A DNA stretch of 64,000 nucleotides from Minisyncoccota bacterium (GTDB lineage Bacteria > Patescibacteriota > Minisyncoccia > Moranbacterales > UBA2206): positions 21,512 to 85,511 of the forward strand of contig JARLIA010000013.1 of the NCBI GenBank assembly GCA_031291955.1. Reading direction: 5' to 3'. The position numbers and the translations under genes were made by a program. Positions 55,697-63,313 of the stretch are shown piece after piece (the first letter of the stretch is position 1; each line of letters starts with the position of its first letter). The notes below the pieces were generated by a model that was given only the letters and a program-made list of their open reading frames with translations, made no database searches and had not been told where the DNA came from.

Positions 55697-56140
55697 ATGA
55701 ATGACGAAATGAAGGCGGAAGAAATTTCGGATGAAACTTCCATCAAGGAGGCGGAGATCATAAAAGAAATCAACATGGAAAACGATTTGGCGGACGACGC
55801 GGGCGGCGAGGCGCCGAAAAAGCGCCGGCACCGGTTTGATTTTTATATCGAACTGGCTTTGTTTTTGATTCTCGGCGCTTTGGTCGGCATTTCCGTGAAA
55901 ACTGAGGCGGCCAAGCGGATCACCATCGGTTTTGACGACTATAAAATGAAAATCGAACGACAGGATTATGACATCAACCAGCTCCAGACCAATTTGGATG
56001 CCCAGCAGGCCGCGGCTCAAGCTGCTCAAGAAAACGCCGGCGCTCAGCAAGGCGACGGGCAAGTCAATCAAGGTCAGGGTCAGAACGCGCAGCCTACTCC
56101 GTCCACGGGCAACAGTCAGCCGGATGGACAGGGAAATTAG
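55697..56140 (+). CDS. single-TM membrane protein with a Q/A/G-rich C-terminus, hypothetical
   Basis: Internal ATG (MNDEMKAEE) preferred over the ORF-track start at 55523 because the upstream part runs through the inverted repeat; TM at LALFLILGALVGI. Confidence 0.3.
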   Translation: MNDEMKAEEISDETSIKEAEIIKEINMENDLADDAGGEAPKKRRHRFDFYIELALFLILGALVGISVKTEAAKRITIGFDDYKMKIERQDYDINQLQTNLDAQQAAAQAAQENAGAQQGDGQVNQGQGQNAQPTPSTGNSQPDGQGN

Positions 56141-56182
56141 GGATAATTTTTATAAGCGATAAATAATTTTAACTTTATACGT

Positions 56183-57376
56183 ATGGAAGAGAACATGAAT
56201 AAAGATTCCGTCCAAGAAGCAGAAGTGGGAAAAGTCCAAGCGGAGAATGTTTCGGCATCAAGCGAGAATTCCACGAGTGATGTGTCGGAGATGAATAAGA
56301 ATGAAGACATTAATGAAGCGAAAGAAACGGAAAAAGAAGAATGTGCCGGATGCCGTGATTATAAAAAGGACAAAAAGATCAAAAACCTGATTTCCTTGGC
56401 TATCCTCCTGGCCGGACTTTTCGCGGGCAGTTTGTTCGTGGATGTGGCTCAGATGGTGAAGGGAAGCGGCTATTCTCAGAAAAATCTCAACAAGTCTGAA
56501 ATCTTTGAAGCGGACGGCAAGACTTGGGTGGCTTACTCCGACCCGGCCGTGCCAGTCTCGGTCATTAGCGATGATAAATGCACCGCTTGCGACCCGAGTC
56601 AGGCCATTGTGTGGCTCAGGCGTGTTCTGCCAACGGTCAGTACTGCTAAAATTAATTATGACTCATCTGAAGGCAAGCAACTTATTTCCGAATTCGGCAT
56701 CAAAACTTTACCAGCCTTCGTTTTTGGCGGCGATCTGACCAAGACTGATTTCTACTCCCAGGCTAAAGTGCTCTTTAGTGAAAAAAACGGCCAATATGTC
56801 ATGGACACTAACCAATTAGGTCTCCCGCCAGGAAAATATCTGGCCACCCCAACCGTTGACCAAAGTGACGCCACTTTCGGTAACCCGAACGCTAAGGTAA
56901 AAATGATTGTTTTCTCGGATTTCCAATGTCCTTATTGCAAAATATTCTATTCGACTTTGCGTGACACGATGAAGACTTATCAAAATCAGGTTTTCTTCGA
57001 CTTTAAAGAATTCCCGCTTTCCATCCATCCGCAGGCCAACGACGCGGCGCTGGCTAGTCAGTGCGCTCTTGCCCAGGGTAAGTTTTGGGAATATGCCGAT
57101 AAGCTTTATACTTCACAATCCGATTGGGGCAATTCCAGCGATATTACTAATCTCAAGACTTATGCCCAAGGGTTGGGCCTCAACACGACCCAGTTCAATC
57201 AGTGCTTGGACAGTAAAAAATATCAAAGCAAAATTGACGCTGACACGAAAGAAGCCACCGATCTCGGTCTTTCCGGCACGCCCTCGATATTCATAAACGA
57301 TACTTTCGAATCAGGCGTAGTCAGTGCGGATCAACTGAAAACTGACATTGAGACACAGCTAAAAAATAGCAAATAA
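56183..57376 (+). CDS. DsbA-family thiol:disulfide oxidoreductase (thioredoxin-fold, CPYC active site)
   Basis: TM anchor. A C-terminal thioredoxin-like domain has FSDFQCPYCKIF. An upstream domain has a CTAC motif, and a CAGC motif sits near the N-terminus. Confidence 0.65.
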   Translation: MEENMNKDSVQEAEVGKVQAENVSASSENSTSDVSEMNKNEDINEAKETEKEECAGCRDYKKDKKIKNLISLAILLAGLFAGSLFVDVAQMVKGSGYSQKNLNKSEIFEADGKTWVAYSDPAVPVSVISDDKCTACDPSQAIVWLRRVLPTVSTAKINYDSSEGKQLISEFGIKTLPAFVFGGDLTKTDFYSQAKVLFSEKNGQYVMDTNQLGLPPGKYLATPTVDQSDATFGNPNAKVKMIVFSDFQCPYCKIFYSTLRDTMKTYQNQVFFDFKEFPLSIHPQANDAALASQCALAQGKFWEYADKLYTSQSDWGNSSDITNLKTYAQGLGLNTTQFNQCLDSKKYQSKIDADTKEATDLGLSGTPSIFINDTFESGVVSADQLKTDIETQLKNSK

Positions 57377-57403
57377 AGGGGAAAGATAAAGATTTTAACG
57401 AAG

Positions 57404-57432
57404 GAGACCGGCGAAAGTTGGTCTCTTTTTTG
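57404..57432 (+). terminator. rho-independent terminator GAGACC-(10-nt loop)-GGTCTC + T6
   Basis: Perfect 6-bp stem followed by TTTTTT after the DsbA-like gene. Confidence 0.55.
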
Positions 57433-57474
57433 TTTTTGTGCTACACTTTTATAAGATGAAAGTCTGACAAATTT

Positions 57475-58062
57475 ATGAAATATCACAAAGACATTTTCGA
57501 AATTATTTTTTTCGCTCGCGGTGGACAGGGCGCCAAAACGGCGGCCGAAATCATCGCCCAAGCGGCGACCGGCGAAGGAAAATTCGTTCAGGCTTTCCCT
57601 AATTTCGGACCGGAGCGCTCCGGCGCGCCAACGAAAACTTATTTGCGTCTGAGTGATTCACCGATCCGCACACATGAGCCAGTTATTGATCCGGATGTGG
57701 TAGTGGTTTTGGATGACACGCTTATCGACAGTCAGGACGTCACGTTCAATCTCGACAAAAAAGAAGCGCTCGTCATAAACACGACCATGTCTGAACATGA
57801 AATCCGGGAAAAGATTGTGAATATCTCCAAGGCGGCATACGAAGGTCAGATTTACGCGGTGGACGCGAGCGGAATTTCGCTGGAGGTTGTCGGCCAGCCC
57901 CGGCCGAACACGGTGATTCTCGGTAAATTTATTCAAGTAACGGAAGCAGTGAAGTTGGAAAGCGTTATTTTAGAATTTCGCAAAATTTTTGAAGCGAAGA
58001 TTGGGAAAGAGAATTGTGAGAAAAATGTTTTGGCCATAGAAAAAGCGTACGATACGATATAA
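57475..58062 (+). CDS. porC: 2-oxoacid (pyruvate):ferredoxin oxidoreductase, gamma subunit
   Basis: IFFARGGQGAKTAAEI...FPNFGPERSGAP is the canonical POR/VOR gamma signature. Confidence 0.85.
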   Translation: MKYHKDIFEIIFFARGGQGAKTAAEIIAQAATGEGKFVQAFPNFGPERSGAPTKTYLRLSDSPIRTHEPVIDPDVVVVLDDTLIDSQDVTFNLDKKEALVINTTMSEHEIREKIVNISKAAYEGQIYAVDASGISLEVVGQPRPNTVILGKFIQVTEAVKLESVILEFRKIFEAKIGKENCEKNVLAIEKAYDTI

Positions 58063-58078
58063 ATTATAATTTTGAATT

Positions 58079-58324
58079 ATGGAACACGGCGCGGTTATAA
58101 AACACGATCTAAAGAAAGGTCCCAAGACGGGAGCTTGGCGGTATATGCATCCGGAAGTCGATAAGTCCAAGTGTATCGGCTGTTCGACGTGTGTGCCGTT
58201 TTGCCCGGAAGCGTCTATTGAGATGAAAGACAAAAAAGCGGAAATTGATTATGACTATTGCAAGGGTTGCGGCGTCTGCGCGGAAGTTTGTCCAGTGAAA
58301 GCGATTTTGATGAAGAAAAAATAA
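58079..58324 (+). CDS. porD: 2-oxoacid:ferredoxin oxidoreductase, delta subunit (2x[4Fe-4S] ferredoxin)
   Basis: Two CxxCxxCxxxCP motifs in 81 aa. Confidence 0.85.
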   Translation: MEHGAVIKHDLKKGPKTGAWRYMHPEVDKSKCIGCSTCVPFCPEASIEMKDKKAEIDYDYCKGCGVCAEVCPVKAILMKKK

Positions 58325-58339
58325 TTGACATGAGATAAT

Positions 58340-59488
58340 ATGATAAATAAGACTTATAAAAAATTAGCGTTAACCGGTGGGGCGGCAGCAGCGGAGGCTC
58401 TTCGGCAGATTGAGCCGGAGGTGATGCCGATTTATCCAATCACCCCCCAGACGCCGATCATTGAGACTTACGCCAAGTTCCAGGCGGACGGAATGGTCGA
58501 CACGGAAATAATAAAAGTCGAATCGGAACATAGCGCGATGTCGGCGGCAGTGGGAGCCAGCGTGGCCGGAGCGAGAACAGTGACGGCGACGAGTTCGCAG
58601 GGGCTGGCGCTCATGAATGAAGTTCTTTATATCGCCAGCGGTTTGCGTCTCCCGATTCTTATGGTCGTTTCTGCCCGGGCTTTGTCCGCGCCGATCAACA
58701 TTCATGGTGATCATCTGGACGTCATGGGCGCGCGGGATGCCGGTTGGCTGCAACTTTTTTCGGAGAACGCCCAAGAAGTTTATGATAAAACCATTATTGG
58801 CATGAAGTTGGCCGAAAAAGTGAATCTGCCAATCATGGTCATCATGGACGGTTTCAATACTTCCCATTCGGTGGAAAACTTGGAAACACTGGAAACGGAA
58901 GTGGTCAAAAAATTTGTCGGCGAACGCGAGGCAATAAATCCCTTACTGGATACATCCAATCCTGTTAGTTACGGTCCTGTGGCGCTTCAGAATTCCTATT
59001 TTGAATTTAGGATCGACCAGGAAAAAGCTACTTTGGACGCTAAAGAAGAATATGAAAAAATTGCCAAAGATTATGAAAAAATCAGCGGCCGACATTACGC
59101 TCTCTTTGAAGAATATCGCACTGAGGATGCCGAAAAAATCCTGGTGCTGACCGGCAGCGCGGCCGGGACAGCCAAAGTAGTAGTGGATCATCTGTGCGAT
59201 AAAGGCGAAAAAGTCGGCATATTAAAAATTAATTTATTCCGGCCATTTCCGCACGAAGAAATCGCGGCGGTGTTAAAAAACGCCCAAGAAATTATCGTTA
59301 TGGATCGGGCTCAATCCATCGGCACTAAGCCGCCTTTCTATACGGAAATAATAAGCAGTCTATATCAAGCCGGGGAAGCGAAAGACGTTAAATCTTATGT
59401 TTACGGTTTGGGTGGCCGGGATATTTTCCAAAAACAAATCGAGGATGTTTTTATGGGGAAAGTCGATGGCCAATATTTAAACAAATAA
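58340..59488 (+). CDS. porA: 2-oxoacid:ferredoxin oxidoreductase, alpha subunit
   Basis: 382 aa, PFOR domain I/II architecture (YPITPQT). Confidence 0.85.
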   Translation: MINKTYKKLALTGGAAAAEALRQIEPEVMPIYPITPQTPIIETYAKFQADGMVDTEIIKVESEHSAMSAAVGASVAGARTVTATSSQGLALMNEVLYIASGLRLPILMVVSARALSAPINIHGDHLDVMGARDAGWLQLFSENAQEVYDKTIIGMKLAEKVNLPIMVIMDGFNTSHSVENLETLETEVVKKFVGEREAINPLLDTSNPVSYGPVALQNSYFEFRIDQEKATLDAKEEYEKIAKDYEKISGRHYALFEEYRTEDAEKILVLTGSAAGTAKVVVDHLCDKGEKVGILKINLFRPFPHEEIAAVLKNAQEIIVMDRAQSIGTKPPFYTEIISSLYQAGEAKDVKSYVYGLGGRDIFQKQIEDVFMGKVDGQYLNK

Positions 59489-59495
59489 ACCTTTT

Positions 59496-60413
59496 ATGAA
59501 CGAGCAATTAGCAAAAAATTTCGCGCCCGGGCACTCCGCTTGCGCGGGCTGCGCCTTTCCGGCCATCGTGCGGGCGGTCTTGGGTGAGGTGGCGGACGGG
59601 ACGGAAATTGTTGTCGCCAACGCGACCGGGTGTCTCGAAGTGACTTCCACCCTTTATCCCTACACTGCCTGGAAGATTCCCTGGATCCACAACGCTTTTG
59701 AAAACGCGGCGGCGACGCTCTCTGGCGTGGAAAAGGCTTATGAAATTTTGAAACGCAAGAAAAAATTGCCTGGTGGGGACAAAAAAATAAAATTTGTGGC
59801 TTTTGGCGGTGATGGTGGCACGTATGACATTGGACTGCAATCTCTTTCCGGAGCGCTTGAACGTGGTCACAATTTTCTCTATGTCCTTTATGACAACGAA
59901 GGCTACATGAACACCGGTAACCAACGCTCGTCCGCTACGCCCTTTGGCGCCGCCACTGAAACGACGCCGACCGGCAAAGTCTCGTTTGGAAAAACCGAAG
60001 TCCGGAAGAATCTGATGGACATCGTGGCCGCCCATCACATTCCGTACGTGGCTCAAGCGAACGTGGCGTTTATGGCTGATCTCAAAAGAAAAGCCAAAAA
60101 AGCCTTGTCCATTGATGGTCCGACTTTCCTTTCCGTCTTTTCTCCTTGCACTAACAACTGGAAATTTCCGACTTCCCAATATGTTAACATCGCGAAACTC
60201 GCGACCGAAACCAATTTCTGGCCGCTCTATGAGATTGAAAACGGGAAATACAAAATCAACTGGGCGACGGAAAAACCCAAAAGTCTGACTGATTTTTTGA
60301 AAACTCAAGGACGCTTCAAGCACTTGTTTTCTGAAAAAAACAAGGATGTGATCGAAGAGATGCAAAAGATTACGGATGACGAGTGGAAACGCCTGGTGGG
60401 CTTGGTGGAGTGA
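59496..60413 (+). CDS. porB: 2-oxoacid:ferredoxin oxidoreductase, beta subunit (TPP-binding)
   Basis: CAGC-F...GCLE cysteines and the GGDGGTYDIG TPP-binding motif. Confidence 0.85.
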   Translation: MNEQLAKNFAPGHSACAGCAFPAIVRAVLGEVADGTEIVVANATGCLEVTSTLYPYTAWKIPWIHNAFENAAATLSGVEKAYEILKRKKKLPGGDKKIKFVAFGGDGGTYDIGLQSLSGALERGHNFLYVLYDNEGYMNTGNQRSSATPFGAATETTPTGKVSFGKTEVRKNLMDIVAAHHIPYVAQANVAFMADLKRKAKKALSIDGPTFLSVFSPCTNNWKFPTSQYVNIAKLATETNFWPLYEIENGKYKINWATEKPKSLTDFLKTQGRFKHLFSEKNKDVIEEMQKITDDEWKRLVGLVE

Positions 60414-60424
60414 CCCCTCTGTCC

Positions 60425-60465
60425 CGATGATTACATCGTGACATCTCCCCTGATTACAGGGGAGA
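60425..60465. terminator. double hairpin (CGATG-atta-CATCG and TCTCCCCTG-atta-CAGGGGAGA) between porB and the tRNA cluster
   Basis: Two perfect stems (5 bp and 9 bp) with identical ATTA loops; no strong T-run. Confidence 0.3.
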
Positions 60466-60491
60466 ACGACAAGGAAAAGACTGTTTGCGGG

Positions 60492-60707
60492 AGCCGAAGA
60501 CCGGACTTGAACCGGTAACCTACGGTTTACCCGCCCGAAATGCTTGAGCCCTCTGCCAGAATTGAACTGGCAACCTACGGTTTACGATACCGTTGCTCTA
60601 CCAATTGAGCTAAGAGGGCATTTCAAGCGGGCGCGGCGATACCGTTGCTCCTAGCCCGCATCGCTACGCGAAGCGTTGCGAGCGGGTACCAATTGAGCTA
60701 CTTCGGC
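60492..60707 (-). tRNA. interrupted second tRNA-Thr(CGU) copy: 5' half 60637..60707 (with a 36-nt D-loop insertion) and 3' half 60492..60529
   Basis: Joining the halves and removing the D-loop insert gives GCCGAAGTAGCTCAATTGGTAGAGCAACGGTATCGTAAACCGTAGGTTACCGGTTCAAGTCCGGTCTTCGGCT. This is a perfect cloverleaf, with acceptor GCCGAAG/CTTCGGC and T-arm ACCGG/CCGGT. Confidence 0.45.
60547..60619 (-). tRNA. tRNA-Thr (anticodon CGU)
   Basis: Manual cloverleaf: acceptor GCCCTCT/AGAGGGC (7 bp), D-arm GCTC-AATTGGTA-GAGC, anticodon arm ACGGT-AUCGUAA-ACCGT, variable AGGTT, T-arm GCCAG-TTCAATT-CTGGC, discriminator U; 73 nt with no CCA. Confidence 0.8.
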
Positions 60708-60748
60708 GACTTATTTAATATTACATAAGTATTTAAAAAAAATCAATT

Positions 60749-61267
60749 ATGAAGGTTTACATTTGCGAAATTTGCGGGGACGCCTACATCGGCACGGAGA
60801 AACCGCACGATTGTCCCTTTTGCGGCGCCAAAGACAATTTCATAAAACTCGGGAGCGAAGCCAAGCCGATCGTTAATGAAAAAATAGAAATCTCGGAATT
60901 GTCAAAAAAGAATTTGCTGGAAACTCTGAAACTGGAAACGGAAGCCAACGCGATTTATCTTTGCATGGCCGGGCATGCCGCGACCTACGAGATCAAAGCG
61001 ATGTATAAACGGATTGCCAAAGTGGAATTGGAGCATGCTGCGATTGTGACCAAATTGCTTGGCATGCAAATGCCGGAGATAAATCCGGAAACTTGCGCGG
61101 ATGTTGATGCGGACAATTTCAAGAGAACGATTGAATTGGAAGACCATGCTGTGGAGCTTTACAAAAAATTCGCAAGGGAAGCAGAGGAAGATAATATTCG
61201 CAAATTTTTCGGTGCCATCATGCAGGCGGAAGCGGGACACGCGGAGTTGATCAAGAGTTATCTATAA
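60749..61267 (+). CDS. reverse rubrerythrin (N-terminal rubredoxin-like domain + C-terminal diiron ferritin-like domain)
   Basis: CEICGDAY...CPFCGA at the N-terminus, then E...EA.A...Y..EL.H and E..H four-helix-bundle ligand patterns. Confidence 0.7.
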   Translation: MKVYICEICGDAYIGTEKPHDCPFCGAKDNFIKLGSEAKPIVNEKIEISELSKKNLLETLKLETEANAIYLCMAGHAATYEIKAMYKRIAKVELEHAAIVTKLLGMQMPEINPETCADVDADNFKRTIELEDHAVELYKKFAREAEEDNIRKFFGAIMQAEAGHAELIKSYL

Positions 61268-61279
61268 ACTGACAAAAAA

Positions 61280-62384
61280 ATGACCAAAGAACTGGAAGAA
61301 AGATTGCAAAAAATCAAAAATAAAATCGCTCTTTTGAGCGACTATCTTTGACTTACCGGGCAAACTTAAAAGAATAGAAAGTCTGGAAAAAGAGTCGTCG
61401 ACGACCGGCTTTTGGGATGACGCGCAAAACGCCGGAGGAATAATGCGGGAATTGGAAGAATTGCGTTCCGAGGTCAGGATGCTTGGCGATTTGGAAAGCG
61501 AAGCGGATGAGTTGGTGGAATTTATGGAAGTTTTTTCCGAGACGGACGCGACCAGTGAAGATGAAGATAAGGAGGTGGGAGGTAGGCTGTCTGTTATGGA
61601 AAAGACAGTCGACCAGCTTGAGTTTAAGACTCTGTTTTCTGGCCAATATGATCGGAATGACGCTATTGTGACAATCATGAGCGGAGCCGGCGGGTTGGAT
61701 GCCCAAGATTGGAGCGAAATGCTGCTCCGGATGTATCTGCGCTGGGCGGAAAAAAATAATTTCCGGGCCAAGATCGTTGATGAGGCGCGCGGGCAAGAAG
61801 CGGGAATAAAAAGCGTAACTTTGGAAGTGAGTGGCTCGTATAGTTACGGGTGGCTCAAAAGCGAAGCGGGCGTTCATCGATTAGTGAGACTCTCGCCGTT
61901 TAACGCCGATAATCTCCGTCAGACTTCCTTTGCTTTGGTGGAAGTCATGCCGGTAATTGAAGAGATAAAAGAGGTCAAAATAAATCCAGCCGATCTGCGA
62001 ATCGATGTTTATCGTTCCAGCGGCGCGGGCGGCCAAGGAGTGAATACGACCGATAGCGCCGTGCGCATAACGCATATCCCGACCGGAATCATGGTTACTT
62101 GTCAGAATGAAAGATCCCAGCTGCAAAACAAAGAATCGGCCATGAAAATTCTCCGCGCCAAATTGCACCAAAAATATCTTTCCGAGCAGGAAGCGGAAAA
62201 AAGAAAATTGCGGGGCGAATCGGTAGCGGCCGAATGGGGGAGTCAGATCCGATCCTATGTCCTTCATCCTTACAAAATGGTGAAAGATCACCGCACCAAA
62301 CACGAAACCGCCCAAGCGGAGGAAGTCCTTCTTGGAAATCTTGACGAATTTATGGAAAGTTACTTGAGGTCTCTCAAGAAATAG
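61280..62384 (+). CDS. prfB: peptide chain release factor 2, expressed via programmed +1 frameshift (frame 0 61280..61348, then +1 frame 61350..62384)
   Basis: Frame 0 MTKELEERLQKIKNKIALLSDYL ends at TAT CTT TGA C (61343..61352), identical to the E. coli RF2 slippery site. The +1 frame continues ...FSGQYDRNDAIVTIMSGAGGLDAQDW...[23 protein letters not shown]. Confidence 0.85.
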
Positions 62385-62418
62385 TGTATAATATTTTTAT
62401 TATCGAAGAAATTGTTTT

Positions 62419-63309
62419 ATGTTTAAACTGAAAAGTAAAAAACGTTCCGCTGAAACCGGAGAAATCGCAGAGAGCGAATTTAGCCGTGGAGAAATTGAGT
62501 CGGAGGAACCGGTTGAGCAGGAGTATCAAGATGAATATCCTGATCAATATCAAGAACCGAAACCGAATAAGAAAATCAAAAAAGAATCCGCCGCTCCTCA
62601 GACACCGCTTCGGCCAGTTTCGGCCTTGGTTAAATTTGATCATGTGAGTAAGGTTTACGGGGATAACTTCTCGGCGCTCACCGATGTTGATTTTGAGGTG
62701 CAGGAAGGGGAGTTTATTTCGATTGTCGGATCAAGCGGAGCGGGAAAGTCCACGCTTCTAAAGCTCATTTACGCCGAGGAAAAACCGACTGAAGGATATG
62801 TCTATTTTGACAGTCTGCCGCTGGCCCATATCAGCCGGCGGAGATTGCCGTATCATCGCCGACGAATCGGCACGGTCTTCCAGGATTTCAAATTGTTGCC
62901 GAAAAAAACGGCATATGAGAACGTAGCTTATGCTCTCGAAGTTTGTGGCGCGGCGGCGGAAGAGATTTTGGAAGACGTGCCGCAAATTTTGGATATCGTG
63001 GGGCTGGGCAACAAGATGGAAAAATTTCCCCATCAGCTTTCCGGCGGCGAACAACAGAAGGTTGTCTTGGCGCGGGCGCTGATCCACAAGCCGCTCATCA
63101 TCGTGGCGGACGAACCGACGGGGAATCTCGACCCGACCAACTCCATGGAAATCATCGACCTGCTTCTCAAGATCAACCAGCTGGGAACGACTGTCATTCT
63201 GGCCAGCCATGACCGGGAGATTGTCAATAAGGCTTCCAAGCGCGTGTTGGTGGTGGATGGTGGACGAATCGTTTGCGACGACGCCCAAGGTAAATATAAA
63301 ATTTGTTAA
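62419..63309 (+). CDS. ftsE: cell-division ABC ATPase FtsE with a roughly 70-aa acidic N-terminal extension (or an internal TTG start near 62632)
   Basis: Core KFDHVSKVYG...GSSGAGKSTLLKLI...LSGGEQQKVVLARAL...ADEPTGNLD; the N-terminal 70 aa are E/Q/Y-rich and unconserved. Confidence 0.8.
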   Translation: MFKLKSKKRSAETGEIAESEFSRGEIESEEPVEQEYQDEYPDQYQEPKPNKKIKKESAAPQTPLRPVSALVKFDHVSKVYGDNFSALTDVDFEVQEGEFISIVGSSGAGKSTLLKLIYAEEKPTEGYVYFDSLPLAHISRRRLPYHRRRIGTVFQDFKLLPKKTAYENVAYALEVCGAAAEEILEDVPQILDIVGLGNKMEKFPHQLSGGEQQKVVLARALIHKPLIIVADEPTGNLDPTNSMEIIDLLLKINQLGTTVILASHDREIVNKASKRVLVVDGGRIVCDDAQGKYKIC

Positions 63310-63313
63310 CAAT

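Noticed and set aside
60530-60636. Group I intron in tRNA-Thr
   Set aside because: The intervening segment is only about 107 nt, lacks space for P1-P9 elements, and consists mostly of a complete tRNA gene. It is kept as a nested or split tRNA observation instead.
61262-61877. Two overlapping minus-strand ORFs (169 and 174 aa)
   Set aside because: Antisense to prfB, whose frame-0 leader and +1 body are well supported; the translations are Ser/Phe-rich nonsense.
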